A DNA stretch of 64,000 bases from a virus (IMGVR_UViG_3300028886_000060:1-64000), one strand, 5' to 3'. Counted from the stretch's first letter, positions 27,937 through 38,159 are shown. Numbers and translations are program-made. Notes: a model not told the origin generated them from the letters alone.

Positions 27937-28227
27937 ATGTCAATATCATTACAAAAAGGACTTCGTGAGTTTAAAGGAGATTTATCAAATTGCTGGTGTC
28001 ATTGTTTTGATGGTTCTATTTGGAAAAATGGAATTAAAATGTTTCCATCAGAAGCAGAAAGACTTGAAGCTACAAAGAATATGACTCCTGAAGAAGTTGA
28101 TACATATTACAAACATCTCCAAGAAGAACGGATTGATATGTTACGAGACTTAACTGATGAAGAAGCTGAGATAGTTAATAATCAACTCGAATCAGAGTCA
28201 ATCGAAACGGGTGTTAAATTATTCTAA
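27937..28227 (+). CDS. hypothetical protein
   Basis: SD AAGGATGTG; 96 aa. Confidence 0.65.
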   Translation: MSISLQKGLREFKGDLSNCWCHCFDGSIWKNGIKMFPSEAERLEATKNMTPEEVDTYYKHLQEERIDMLRDLTDEEAEIVNNQLESESIETGVKLF

Positions 28228-28247
28228 AATAAGAGAGGTAAAAAATA

Positions 28248-28577
28248 ATGGGTGAAACACGTGAAGAAATATTTAAACGTGACTGGAGTAAAGAGTTTAT
28301 AACAAAGATGGAGAATGCTATTGAGACATCGCATTATAAATATGGATGGATGTCAGATACATATCCTGAATTAGCTCAAGCAGTTAAATGCATCCAGGAA
28401 CGTCTTGATCTTTACAACAAGACTCACAATAAGGATTATCTTGTTGACATTGCTAACTTTGCAATGATTGAATACAAGTATCCATCATATTCAGATGCAA
28501 AGTACACTCCTACTGATTCGGATAAGTCACCCGGATTAGCAGGTGGAATATCTTACAAAGAACTCATGGAAAAATAA
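28248..28577 (+). CDS. small all-alpha protein, possibly MazG/NTP-pyrophosphohydrolase-like
   Basis: KYG...DYLVDIANFAMIE motif; SD AGAGGT. Confidence 0.5.
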   Translation: MGETREEIFKRDWSKEFITKMENAIETSHYKYGWMSDTYPELAQAVKCIQERLDLYNKTHNKDYLVDIANFAMIEYKYPSYSDAKYTPTDSDKSPGLAGGISYKELMEK

Positions 28578-28584
28578 AAAAATA

Positions 28585-28605
28585 TGCGGGGCATTACGCC
28601 CCGCA
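28585..28605. terminator. bidirectional hairpin terminator
   Basis: TGCGGGGC-ATTAC-GCCCCGCA. Confidence 0.75.
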
Positions 28606-28620
28606 CATATCTTCTTTTGT

Positions 28621-30414
28621 TTAATTGGTCTTTTTACTGCTTCTGAATAGGAAACCCTGCTTATCGGGTCTCGGTGAATCCAGGTGTGTATATAAGTGAT
28701 TTCTTGTAATATTCATGTTATTGAGACATTCCCTTATTGAATCATATGTATCTATGAGATTTTCATCCACATCATAAACATATATTTTTTCCGGGCACAG
28801 TTTATCAGCTGAGTTATTATCATTAATAAAGTATGCTCTATATTGTTTTTTAATGACGTGAGAATGATGTATCGCCCTTGACACCGTTGCCATTTCAGCA
28901 GAAATACCTTTTGCTGCTTCAGAAATACTGCTATATATCGTTTCTTCTCCAGTGTGTAGATCAACTATCTTAACGGTTTTTATCTTATGATCAACCCATT
29001 TTTCTCTGATATCTTTATATTCATCAGATTTTAAACACTTCGTTTTTACATGATGAATCTGTGCAAAAGTGAATTTATCATTAAGATCGTTAAATGCTTT
29101 TTTAACAGATCCATGATTTTTAGTAAGATATTCAACTATTATAGCAAAATCAGATTCAGAGATCTGTCTTCTTATATTTTTTCGTCTTATCTCATCCATT
29201 AATTCAGGTTGACCATAGTTACCGAGTTCTCTGAAATAGGTAATCGCTTTTTTCTTACCTAAACCGGAGAAATTTTCATTTATAAATTCTTGAAACTCCA
29301 CATTATTCACATGATCATACAGATGATCGTTTACAAATTTTACAAACGTTATCGCCTCTTCAGGTGATAAACCACCATAATGATTAGCATGAGTTCCAGC
29401 CACAATCCATTTGAGATTATCATATCTGACGTTTGTATATACTCCATCTTTGGGTTGTACAACCAGATGTTTTATATCCAATACTGGTTTTGGAAGAAAG
29501 GCTATCGCTACCAAACGTGGTAATGAAGCATGATATACCTTTTTACCTTTCACATCTTTCGATAATGCAACTTCACAAAATGGGTGGTCTGGAATACTAT
29601 AGTCAACATGTGTTGTTACCAATCTATTTGTTTTTACGTTGATCACACGACCGTAATTTGAAACTTTATACACAGTCGGATCAACTTCTTCCAACCATGT
29701 AATATATTTCCATTCTTCCGGTACATCTGGTATGAAGTCCGATAATGGTTTGTCGGACTGAGGTGCCGTCCAACGGATATTATCAGCATGATTAAAGAGA
29801 TATTCAGGAACATCTCCTTGCTTCTTCAGATTGATTACATCCAGCCAATTTTTATCATATCCAACAATATCAACAAATGCTGTAGCTACTAACCTCGCTA
29901 CAGCAGCTGTAATTACCGTTCGCGGTAAATCATTTAATGCAACTACCAGACGATTATTACTCATTGTCTGCGTTAATAGTTGTTGTTTTGATACATTTAT
30001 CACACGACCGTAATTTGAAACTTTGTATTTATCTTTTGGAATTTCGGGTATCCAATCGATGAAAGCCCATTTTTCATTTTCATATTCATCAGAATATCCA
30101 TCCCAATCAATATTATCGATATGACAATTCGTTGGGTCACCATCTTTATACACAACATTTGTTGTGCAAAACTTTTTTGTTTTGAATGCCCATAACACTA
30201 AACGTGCTGGATTACGTTTAACGACTACTTCTTCGCCATGAAGTGAGACAGAAACGAAACCGGATTTTGTTCGTTTCCTTTTTGCTTCATGCCATTTTCC
30301 ATATCTTGTATCCTTATACATGACTATGCCTGATGTGAAAACCCTGTATTTATCTTTTGGGATTTCAGGTATCCAGTCTATGTAACGCCATTCAATAGTG
30401 TCACTCATTATCAA
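28621..30414 (-). CDS. protein with three tandem NUMOD4/HNH-like modules and C-terminal NUMOD1-like HTH repeats
   Basis: Three EW.YI.W...YKVSNYGRV-type units, KDG...N...DN..W segments and YSSISEAA/YDSIREC repeats. Confidence 0.75.
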   Translation of the reverse strand: MIMSDTIEWRYIDWIPEIPKDKYRVFTSGIVMYKDTRYGKWHEAKRKRTKSGFVSVSLHGEEVVVKRNPARLVLWAFKTKKFCTTNVVYKDGDPTNCHIDNIDWDGYSDEYENEKWAFIDWIPEIPKDKYKVSNYGRVINVSKQQLLTQTMSNNRLVVALNDLPRTVITAAVARLVATAFVDIVGYDKNWLDVINLKKQGDVPEYLFNHADNIRWTAPQSDKPLSDFIPDVPEEWKYITWLEEVDPTVYKVSNYGRVINVKTNRLVTTHVDYSIPDHPFCEVALSKDVKGKKVYHASLPRLVAIAFLPKPVLDIKHLVVQPKDGVYTNVRYDNLKWIVAGTHANHYGGLSPEEAITFVKFVNDHLYDHVNNVEFQEFINENFSGLGKKKAITYFRELGNYGQPELMDEIRRKNIRRQISESDFAIIVEYLTKNHGSVKKAFNDLNDKFTFAQIHHVKTKCLKSDEYKDIREKWVDHKIKTVKIVDLHTGEETIYSSISEAAKGISAEMATVSRAIHHSHVIKKQYRAYFINDNNSADKLCPEKIYVYDVDENLIDTYDSIRECLNNMNITRNHLYTHLDSPRPDKQGFLFRSSKKTN

Positions 30415-30424
30415 TTCACACCCT

Positions 30425-30970
30425 TTATATTACTTTATAAATACTAAATGTAATGACCTCGTCTATTTCAGGTTCATCATTTAGATATTCACATTGTGGA
30501 TTTCGTGTGCCTATATATTCTCCCCATTTATGCCATCTCCAACCAGAGCATGGATTCTCGGGATCTTTTTTGACTTTCCGACAAAGTATGACATGATTGC
30601 CTTTAAACCAGCCTCCTTCATTTTTGTTATATAAATCTACGATCTGTTCAATGTTATCAGCAACGCCGTAGTACCATGCGTTATTATCATAATTTATGTA
30701 ATCACGCATTCTATCTCTCGGAATACTATTCAAAGTATTCCAATATGTTTTTGAATTGTAAACCTGATGTTGCTTGGTTATAAAATTGATCTCACTCGTA
30801 TATTCACACAAAAATACTCCAACATAGTTCGTGGGTGTGAATATGTCTGAAAACTTTCGGACTTTCCATTTATCACCCGAAATGACATCCCTGTGATGTC
30901 TGTTCATATATTTTATGCATCGTTCTTCCTCAGTAAGGTATGTGCTTTTAGGTGTTAAGTTCACAAGCAT
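30425..30970 (-). CDS. conserved phage hypothetical protein (GWRWHKWGEYIG motif)
   Basis: 181-aa ORF with SD AAGGAGG. Confidence 0.7.
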   Translation of the reverse strand: MLVNLTPKSTYLTEEERCIKYMNRHHRDVISGDKWKVRKFSDIFTPTNYVGVFLCEYTSEINFITKQHQVYNSKTYWNTLNSIPRDRMRDYINYDNNAWYYGVADNIEQIVDLYNKNEGGWFKGNHVILCRKVKKDPENPCSGWRWHKWGEYIGTRNPQCEYLNDEPEIDEVITFSIYKVI

Positions 30971-30987
30971 TATTCTTCCTCCTTATA

Positions 30988-31539
30988 TTACTTTAAATAT
31001 TCCTCGATAGGCCTACCTGTTTTGACATGATCAACAGCATCATTCACAGCCTTTTCTATAATACCATAATACTTGTGTTCCTTAATAGAAACACCATCAT
31101 TGTCATGACAGTCTGTCTGTGTGATAACGAGTCTATCCTCATCTTCATTAAAGGATATCTCAAAACAATGAGTGTCATATATTCCGATTTCGATTTCACA
31201 ACATTCCGGAATATATAACAGACAGATTCTATCATGTGATGCAGGATCGTCTGTGAATATCTTACTAAATACCATAGCACCAGTGTCTTCGTGATCTTCA
31301 CTTTCAAACATAGTCCATTCGGATACTATGTTGAAACAGTGATGTGATAGCATGACCCAAATAGCAGCAAGCACTATGTTTATACCAGTTAAAGCATTGA
31401 TCTTTCTTGTCATTGTTTCCGGATCATCCATATATTCATGTGCGATATTGTCAAGAAGTTTGTCTACTCTTTTATTGAGTAATTCATCTCCTTTGAAATA
31501 AACGTCTTCAACGTTTGGGTTATTATTGTTATTATTCAT
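30988..31539 (-). CDS. hypothetical protein
   Basis: 183-aa ORF in the operon. Confidence 0.7.
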   Translation of the reverse strand: MNNNNNNPNVEDVYFKGDELLNKRVDKLLDNIAHEYMDDPETMTRKINALTGINIVLAAIWVMLSHHCFNIVSEWTMFESEDHEDTGAMVFSKIFTDDPASHDRICLLYIPECCEIEIGIYDTHCFEISFNEDEDRLVITQTDCHDNDGVSIKEHKYYGIIEKAVNDAVDHVKTGRPIEEYLK

Positions 31540-31541
31540 AA

Positions 31542-32579
31542 TTATTCATTCTCCTCTTCATCTGATTTACATTTTTCTCTCATTACTAATTCACTGATGA
31601 GTTCTCTTCGTGCATAGTCCTCTTGGAGTACAGGCTTTATCTTTTCAAGTATTTCCGCATAATTAATAACATAGAACTCTTTCATTTCTTCTATTGTGAT
31701 ATCGAAATAGTGCTCTCCTTCACGTAATACATGGTATTTATTTCGTTCAATCCTTTTTGTAGTCACACCTTCTGCTGTATATTGTCTTGCCGTATAATAT
31801 AAAGGATCATCTTTCTTTTTTACAACGACGATGGCTGATCCTTCATACATTAATTCATTATTCATATCGATAGATTTGGGTCCAGCATATAGATCACTTA
31901 TATCGATTTCTTTCATATTTAAACCATTTCTTGTTTTTGATATTCGATATATGCGGTACTCGTCTGTTAATTTATCAACCTGGATTTCTCGATTGTTGAT
32001 AACATTCCTGGCACCTGATATATTGTGGGGTTGTGTAACGGTTTTTTCCTTTTTATCATACAGCAAGATAGCCGGTTCTCCATAAGGTTCGTTTATTCGT
32101 TCAAGAAGTTTTCTCTCCGAAATAACCGGTTTATCAATAATAAATTCATTTATACGATTTTCTCCCAGGCTTAACCAGATATTTATTTTAGATATACTAC
32201 CAAAAGCAGTATCAAGCTGCCTTGTATACAATTCACTTGTTACACTTTTCTGTTCGCTGTCGAATATTAGTGTTGTTGGAGTATATGATTTTAATATCGC
32301 AGTCTCATACGTAGTGGAATTCACATAACGTTCTCCGACTTTGTAATACTCACTATTGAAGATAAATTTATGATGAGCGAATCTGTCAAGATTCTTGAAT
32401 AAGAATGAATCTATATTATCATCATATACCATTGTCTCCTGACCATTAAGTAGATATCTTGTATGGTCTAGGATTTTTATGCGATGAAACATATTGCTTT
32501 CTTCATCGATAGGACAGTATACTTCCATTCCATGGAACCTCTCGTCAAATATCACTGACTCTTTTATTGGTAATATCAT
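31542..32579 (-). CDS. hypothetical protein, possibly a distant paralog of 40671..41528
   Basis: 345 aa with SD AAGGAGG; FNSEYYKVGERY versus FDPEYFKVDEDY. Confidence 0.7.
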   Translation of the reverse strand: MILPIKESVIFDERFHGMEVYCPIDEESNMFHRIKILDHTRYLLNGQETMVYDDNIDSFLFKNLDRFAHHKFIFNSEYYKVGERYVNSTTYETAILKSYTPTTLIFDSEQKSVTSELYTRQLDTAFGSISKINIWLSLGENRINEFIIDKPVISERKLLERINEPYGEPAILLYDKKEKTVTQPHNISGARNVINNREIQVDKLTDEYRIYRISKTRNGLNMKEIDISDLYAGPKSIDMNNELMYEGSAIVVVKKKDDPLYYTARQYTAEGVTTKRIERNKYHVLREGEHYFDITIEEMKEFYVINYAEILEKIKPVLQEDYARRELISELVMREKCKSDEEENE

Positions 32580-32611
32580 ACCAGAATCCTCCTTAAAATA
32601 AGATAAAGATT

Positions 32612-32634
32612 ATACCGCCCATTACGGGCGGTAT
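32612..32634 (-). terminator. hairpin terminator
   Basis: ATACCGCCC-ATTAC-GGGCGGTAT. Confidence 0.6.
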
Positions 32635-32641
32635 ATAATAA

Positions 32642-32923
32642 TTACTTTTTGTGGATTAATGTGATATTGGTAGAATGTACCAGATATACATAACCATCTT
32701 TTGTTTCGATTTGGATCTGATCACCATCTTCGAAATCAGTCCATTTCTTAACTTCTACCTCTTTCCATTCTCCACCGATATACACTATCGCTTTTTCGAA
32801 AGTGTAAGATGTATCAAGAACATTCTTATTGCATCCCACACATGCCAATGCAAAGACTGCTGTCAATGTGGCAGCAATGAGGCTCGCTAATAAAGGTCTG
32901 TATATTTTGTTAAAGGTCTTCAT
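32642..32923 (-). CDS. putative lipoprotein
   Basis: Basic N-terminus, hydrophobic core and lipobox-like ACVGC. Confidence 0.7.
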   Translation of the reverse strand: MKTFNKIYRPLLASLIAATLTAVFALACVGCNKNVLDTSYTFEKAIVYIGGEWKEVEVKKWTDFEDGDQIQIETKDGYVYLVHSTNITLIHKK

Positions 32924-32938
32924 TACAGTAAACCTCCT

Positions 32939-33232
32939 TCAAGTATTTTCATTATAATCCTCCTTTGGCTGTAAGTGTCTCGCGAAGCGGAGATGTTTGT
33001 AAGTGGGTCTCCAACTTCGTATATCATTTTCAACAGCCCATTTTGCAGCACGTTTAACATTTCTTCGATAAACATAGCCACATTTCAATGAACGACATTT
33101 CGGCCTTGTGACCGAATGAGCCCAACTATTTACAACGAATTTAAAAGTTTCTTTACGCGTCTCACAGATAAATCTTCCAAACTTTTTCCGATAGTATTCC
33201 CATTTATGTTTCTTTCTTATGCGTTTATTCAT
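32939..33232 (-). CDS. small basic protein, MNKRIRKKH family
   Basis: Shared N-terminal motif; paralog of the adjacent ORF (NVKRAAKW/NIKRAAKW). Confidence 0.7.
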   Translation of the reverse strand: MNKRIRKKHKWEYYRKKFGRFICETRKETFKFVVNSWAHSVTRPKCRSLKCGYVYRRNVKRAAKWAVENDIRSWRPTYKHLRFARHLQPKEDYNENT

Positions 33233-33242
33233 TTTATATTCC

Positions 33243-33527
33243 TCACAATTCTATTTTTGGAAGATTAACATGTCCTCTGTATATGAATACATTGGGTTTC
33301 ACCCTATGATGAAGACTGTACTCTCTGACCCACTTTGCAGCACGTTTTATGTTAAACACATTTGTTTCGATATTATGGACTGAAGCAGTATATCTATATA
33401 GTGTTCCGTATCTCGTGCATTGTGAGTAGAAATATTTTAATGCATGATTACGGGTGTATCTATATTTCTTAGGATCTTTTATAGTATGGAATTTCCATCT
33501 GTGTTTCTTCCGTATTCTTGCATTCAT
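33243..33527 (-). CDS. small basic protein, MNARIRKKH family
   Basis: Shared N-terminal motif. Confidence 0.7.
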   Translation of the reverse strand: MNARIRKKHRWKFHTIKDPKKYRYTRNHALKYFYSQCTRYGTLYRYTASVHNIETNVFNIKRAAKWVREYSLHHRVKPNVFIYRGHVNLPKIEL

Positions 33528-33528
33528 A

Positions 33529-34086
33529 TCATTTCAATCCTTCCGGCGGTATATCCTGTAGATATCTCTGATCGATCAATTCATCAATAGGTATGATAAC
33601 CAACGAATCAGGAATTCTCGGAAAAGCTATATACTTATAACCAGTACAGGTTTGGAATACTAATTCATTATTATCATTTATTTTAACAAATGTGCCATAG
33701 AATCTTATATAAACACCCTTTTCGTCAGTGACCCAAACCATATAGTCATCGAAATGATGATAATTCCAGTATTTACCATTAAATGAATAACGATCACTTT
33801 TTTCGAAGAATCGTTCATTAACCTTACCTATTTCATGTGAATATACTTCACCAATAGTAGCGTTTATTACAACCTTACCATTCATAAGATCGCTAACGGA
33901 TATAATGAATACTGATCTATCATGACACAGACACTCGATCTCATAATCAGTAATATCAGTGATTATAACAACCCGTGTCTGAACTGATTCACATCCATAT
34001 ATCGTAATCTCATATGCTTGGTTTATTTTAAACGCTTCTGTCTTAATCCTCAATGAAGATTTCTTTGTAAGCATACAATCTCTCAT
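33529..34086 (-). CDS. hypothetical protein
   Basis: 185 aa with SD AAGGAGG. Confidence 0.7.
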   Translation of the reverse strand: MRDCMLTKKSSLRIKTEAFKINQAYEITIYGCESVQTRVVIITDITDYEIECLCHDRSVFIISVSDLMNGKVVINATIGEVYSHEIGKVNERFFEKSDRYSFNGKYWNYHHFDDYMVWVTDEKGVYIRFYGTFVKINDNNELVFQTCTGYKYIAFPRIPDSLVIIPIDELIDQRYLQDIPPEGLK

Positions 34087-34658
34087 TATGATTCCTCCTT
34101 ATTAATAATTGAAGAAGTATCGTTGTTTTCAAGGTCGGTCCACTTAACAATAGGAACGTTCAATCTTTCGATTGCTTCTTTATTAGCTTTTGCTAAATCG
34201 GGTATATGGATCTCTGGACCAACAGTAGCGTTTTCTGGATAATTATAACCATCATACAATTTATCCATATTTAATTGATTTCGCTCCCACATATAGAAAT
34301 TCGCGATCATGAATGATTCCGGATCATTAGGATTACCAATCATTGATGGATGAACAACCGGATCCATTATACATTCATAATTTGGTACATATTGGTCAGG
34401 TACTTTTATATGGGCTACGAAATTATTTATTGGATCATGATGTATGTTGAATATATATCCATGAGGTTTTGCGTGAGATATTATAAAATAATCTCTCATG
34501 GCTTCAATTGCATCATACGGATATAGAGCCAGTGGTATTCTACCACATTTAAGCAGTTCGCGTATTCTTTCGGATGAAAGCATCTTGAATATGTGATCTG
34601 GTTTAACACGAGTAGACCACAATATCTGGCAAGTGTATTCTTTCATATTTACCACCAT
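34086..34658 (-). CDS. hypothetical protein
   Basis: 190 aa; coupled ORF. Confidence 0.65.
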   Translation of the reverse strand: MVVNMKEYTCQILWSTRVKPDHIFKMLSSERIRELLKCGRIPLALYPYDAIEAMRDYFIISHAKPHGYIFNIHHDPINNFVAHIKVPDQYVPNYECIMDPVVHPSMIGNPNDPESFMIANFYMWERNQLNMDKLYDGYNYPENATVGPEIHIPDLAKANKEAIERLNVPIVKWTDLENNDTSSIINKEES

Positions 34659-34960
34659 TCCTTATTTGTCATTCTTATAATGAAACCCTTTATATTGTTT
34701 TCGATGTCTTTTACACGGAATCGCATATCAGATAGACGACCGATTTCTCGGTCGTCCACAAAGATCATTAGTTCATCGGTGTTTCCACCAGCACCGAACA
34801 CAATACTTCCTTTACCACAGATGGTTGAATTATGTCCGAGACAGATTTCAAAAGTAATTTCCTGACATAACATTTTATTTATATCAGGATGAAACTTTCC
34901 ATCGACTATCATCGGAAATGAGAAGCCGTTTTTATCTTCTATTCTTTTAGGATTCATCAT
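34649..34960 (-). CDS. hypothetical protein
   Basis: 103 aa; coupled ORF. Confidence 0.6.
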   Translation of the reverse strand: MMNPKRIEDKNGFSFPMIVDGKFHPDINKMLCQEITFEICLGHNSTICGKGSIVFGAGGNTDELMIFVDDREIGRLSDMRFRVKDIENNIKGFIIRMTNKEWW

Positions 34961-35462
34961 TATTCACATCCTCATCTTTTAACATTTTATCAACTTCCAC
35001 GAAAGAGTCATTAAGTGTATCACAAAAGAACCTATAGTGTTTGTTTGATGGAGAGAACACGGCATCATTAAATTGAATATTGAAAGCTATTTCACCCATT
35101 ACTGTGATTCTGATACAACCGGTTATTCCGATTTCGCAGTTTATTTCGAAATGTTCAGGAACAATTGAAATTGATAACATATCAGGTTTTCTTTCCGTTA
35201 ACAGGCATGGTTCATATTCTTTGTCTGATACTGTTTTAACAAGGACAGTCATGTCTGGATCTACATCGTCATCGCGAATCATAATCCATGGAGAGTTAAA
35301 GTTCTTTTCATTCACCAATCTTTTGGTCATTTCTGATGCAAGTAAACGAAGAGTTTTAAATCTTGAGAGATCCTGTTTCTTTGTGAGACTATCTTTGAAC
35401 TCTTTCTCGAGAGTATCAAAACGTCTATCAAATAAATCATCACCGGTTGTTGATATATTCAT
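34947..35462 (-). CDS. hypothetical protein
   Basis: 171 aa with SD AAGGAGG. Confidence 0.7.
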   Translation of the reverse strand: MNISTTGDDLFDRRFDTLEKEFKDSLTKKQDLSRFKTLRLLASEMTKRLVNEKNFNSPWIMIRDDDVDPDMTVLVKTVSDKEYEPCLLTERKPDMLSISIVPEHFEINCEIGITGCIRITVMGEIAFNIQFNDAVFSPSNKHYRFFCDTLNDSFVEVDKMLKDEDVNNDES

Positions 35463-35776
35463 TTTTCTTCCTCCTTAAAATAATTTAATTCTTTTAGTTC
35501 CGTCTTCAGAATGATTGATATTACATCAAAACCATTATCAAGACAAAGTTCAAAACTTGTGTGAGGTGATATAATACAAGCATATTTTTTCAATGCCTCT
35601 TCGTCTATATGGATATCATTGTTAACCGTCAACTCGATCGGTGAGCGTGTAATTGGTTCTTTGGTTACATATACAACATCACCGGTCTTGAACTCTGATG
35701 CGAAAAACCCACACATACGAATTTGATTATCGGGGACATCCAATGACGTCCCCACAAACGCAAATCTATTAACCAT
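35459..35776 (-). CDS. hypothetical protein
   Basis: 105 aa with SD GAGAGGT. Confidence 0.65.
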   Translation of the reverse strand: MVNRFAFVGTSLDVPDNQIRMCGFFASEFKTGDVVYVTKEPITRSPIELTVNNDIHIDEEALKKYACIISPHTSFELCLDNGFDVISIILKTELKELNYFKEEEK

Positions 35777-36140
35777 CTTTTTCTAACCTCTCAAATGAAC
35801 ACATACCGATGCATTGGGGCGTATCATATATTTTACCACAGCATCTTTTTGTTAAAATGTATCTTGTTTCTGACCAACCGATACGTTCATCTGGTCCGAT
35901 ATCTTCACCTATTGAAAGATCTGATTTGTCGAACATATTATCGAATGGCTGGTGTTCTACGATAAATTCAAACATTTCATCTACTGATGTGAATATTTCT
36001 AATTCGTGCAATGCCTCAGTTAGGGACCCTCGATGTGGTCTATAGAATATTAATGTACCAGTAGCTTCTTTTCGCATTCTGTCAAAAGATCTGATACATG
36101 CATCCCTGTAAATGTAATTACATTTTATTATTCCCATCAT
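35769..36140 (-). CDS. hypothetical phage protein (YRPHRGSLTEA motif)
   Basis: 123 aa with SD AAGGAG. Confidence 0.7.
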   Translation of the reverse strand: MMGIIKCNYIYRDACIRSFDRMRKEATGTLIFYRPHRGSLTEALHELEIFTSVDEMFEFIVEHQPFDNMFDKSDLSIGEDIGPDERIGWSETRYILTKRCCGKIYDTPQCIGMCSFERLEKDG

Positions 36141-36501
36141 TATCTCCTTCTAACAAATGTTCGATACCTTTTAGAACACACCGCTCACCACCATATCGTC
36201 TTTCGATAGCCTGAAGACTTGATGGACTTGGTGTTATCGGTTGACACAGCAGATGCTTTGCTGAGAGAATACTTTGTGTGTTGACATGATATTTATCAAC
36301 AGCGTCATCCCATTCTTTCTGAGATGAATTGTGATAGAACCAAAGCAGATATCTCATTATGTTGCGACGTTTTGGTTCAACACCAGTAGCTTCCTCATAT
36401 CTTCTACGGATGCCATTACCAATAACACATCTACAGTGATTGGTACCGGCTCGTTTTGATCCAAGCCAGTAATGTTTCTTCCTAATTCTCCTATTGCTCA
36501 T
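36118..36501 (-). CDS. small basic protein, MSNRRIRKKH family
   Basis: Shared N-terminal motif; SD AAGGAGG. Confidence 0.7.
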   Translation of the reverse strand: MSNRRIRKKHYWLGSKRAGTNHCRCVIGNGIRRRYEEATGVEPKRRNIMRYLLWFYHNSSQKEWDDAVDKYHVNTQSILSAKHLLCQPITPSPSSLQAIERRYGGERCVLKGIEHLLEGDNDGNNKM

Positions 36502-36770
36502 TTTTGATCCTCCTTTCTGAAATAAATGGTAACTGATGAAGGGTATTCAATTGCTTGACCACCCTTGATATATTCTTCAGCCACCCTTCGTTCGACTATT
36601 GCTAGGCGTTGATTTCTATTTTCTCGTGTTCTGTCTTCGATATATTTATGATACATCTCATTTATCGGAACAGGAATAAACAATGAAACATCTTGAATTC
36701 TCATAGCACATGGATCACCGCGTCGCTTCAGAAACAGATTAATCCGTTTCTTTTTCTGTCTCGTGTTCAT
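36498..36770 (-). CDS. small basic protein, MNTRQKKK family
   Basis: Shared N-terminal motif. Confidence 0.7.
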   Translation of the reverse strand: MNTRQKKKRINLFLKRRGDPCAMRIQDVSLFIPVPINEMYHKYIEDRTRENRNQRLAIVERRVAEEYIKGGQAIEYPSSVTIYFRKEDQK

Positions 36771-37236
36771 ATTTCATCACCGCTTTCTTAGCCCTTTCAT
36801 TCAGTGGTTTGACATCCAGATGTTCATTATATTCATAATAATGATCTGGAACAGCAAGAAGATCCGACTCAACTGGTGTGAGTCTGTGTCCTATAGCAAT
36901 CTCGCCTGGAACAAATCCTGTATACATTGATTGATCAATTATGTGATAAGGGTGATAGAGTCTGTTGGGTTCCTTAGGATATAAGAATTCTTTCTTTACT
37001 TTTAACCGCTTAGCTTTATACATATCCAGGTTATGAGAAACTCTCTTTACCCAATTCATGAGCATACGAAGCTCAACCATGTGCCTGTACCACTGTTTGA
37101 TTGTCGGGTTGAATATGTTTGCACCACATCCATATGTGTTTATAGTGCATATTATTGGTGCATGCCAATCGAATTTCTTACCTTTCTCGATTCGCAGATA
37201 TTTACGAACGTATTTCTTTTTCTGTCTCGTGTTCAT
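36739..37236 (-). CDS. small basic protein, MNTRQKKK family
   Basis: Shared N-terminal motif; paralog of the adjacent ORF (TIKQWYRH/PIKYWYKH). Confidence 0.7.
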   Translation of the reverse strand: MNTRQKKKYVRKYLRIEKGKKFDWHAPIICTINTYGCGANIFNPTIKQWYRHMVELRMLMNWVKRVSHNLDMYKAKRLKVKKEFLYPKEPNRLYHPYHIIDQSMYTGFVPGEIAIGHRLTPVESDLLAVPDHYYEYNEHLDVKPLNERAKKAVMKYEHETEKETD

Positions 37237-37605
37237 CTATTTTTCCCTTAAAAATCCTTTCGTAACATATTTTCTCTTTTTGCGATTAATATAACATTTC
37301 TTAAGCATCTTCTCACATTGTTCAAATGCATATATCTGTGATGGAGTAGTGTCGAAAATAAAGTGCGTTGCCATAAGCTTATCACATCCATCATCACCCA
37401 TAGTTGTCTTAATATCTTTCGCATATTGTCTCAAATCAGTGTAATGTTTATACCAGTACTTTATAGGAGTCTTTGTTTCAAACTTAGTGGTACCATACAT
37501 ACCATATCCATGATGTAAACATATGGTATTTGAGATACGAAGATTAGATATAAGCTTTTTTGAAATACATCGTCTTATGTATTTCTTTTTCTGTCGTGTA
37601 TTCAT
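37237..37605 (-). CDS. small basic protein, MNTRQKKK family
   Basis: Shared N-terminal motif. Confidence 0.7.
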   Translation of the reverse strand: MNTRQKKKYIRRCISKKLISNLRISNTICLHHGYGMYGTTKFETKTPIKYWYKHYTDLRQYAKDIKTTMGDDGCDKLMATHFIFDTTPSQIYAFEQCEKMLKKCYINRKKRKYVTKGFLREK

Positions 37606-38159
37606 CTATTTTTCTTCCCTTCAAATAATGTATAGACGATACATTCTTTTGACTTTTCTGGATTATTTGATAACGCAGCACCATACGTATTTTTGAATAA
37701 ATTATATAAATAATTTTCAAGATCGCTGTATCGCACAAGATCTTCGCGTATCTTTCCTGTGGGTTCAAAATATCTGAAGACAGCTTCCGGAATAGATGAT
37801 GCAAATCCTGTTGATACGATTGCATTATAAACATCATTCCAGCAATCATCACTAAAGGCAGGTTTGAAAGATTTTGTTTCTTCATTAATTTCAAACAATT
37901 CCCAGCGTTGTTTTATCATCTTTACCCGGAATGAATTAAAATTAGGAGCATGTTCTATGAGAATTGTCCATGGTTCATAGATACCCATGAAATCTACATT
38001 ACTCTGGAAGATAATGATGTCATTATTCCGACATAAAGTCGAGTCAGCAGAGAATTCTTTGATTTCCTGGGAGATCAGACGAAATACTTCTTCTGACTGC
38101 TTTGTAGATGTAGAAAATCTACCTTTATAATTATTATCCATATTATCATTTCCTTCCAT
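37602..38159 (-). CDS. hypothetical protein
   Basis: 185 aa; the real start may be the second Met. Confidence 0.65.
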   Translation of the reverse strand: MEGNDNMDNNYKGRFSTSTKQSEEVFRLISQEIKEFSADSTLCRNNDIIIFQSNVDFMGIYEPWTILIEHAPNFNSFRVKMIKQRWELFEINEETKSFKPAFSDDCWNDVYNAIVSTGFASSIPEAVFRYFEPTGKIREDLVRYSDLENYLYNLFKNTYGAALSNNPEKSKECIVYTLFEGKKNR

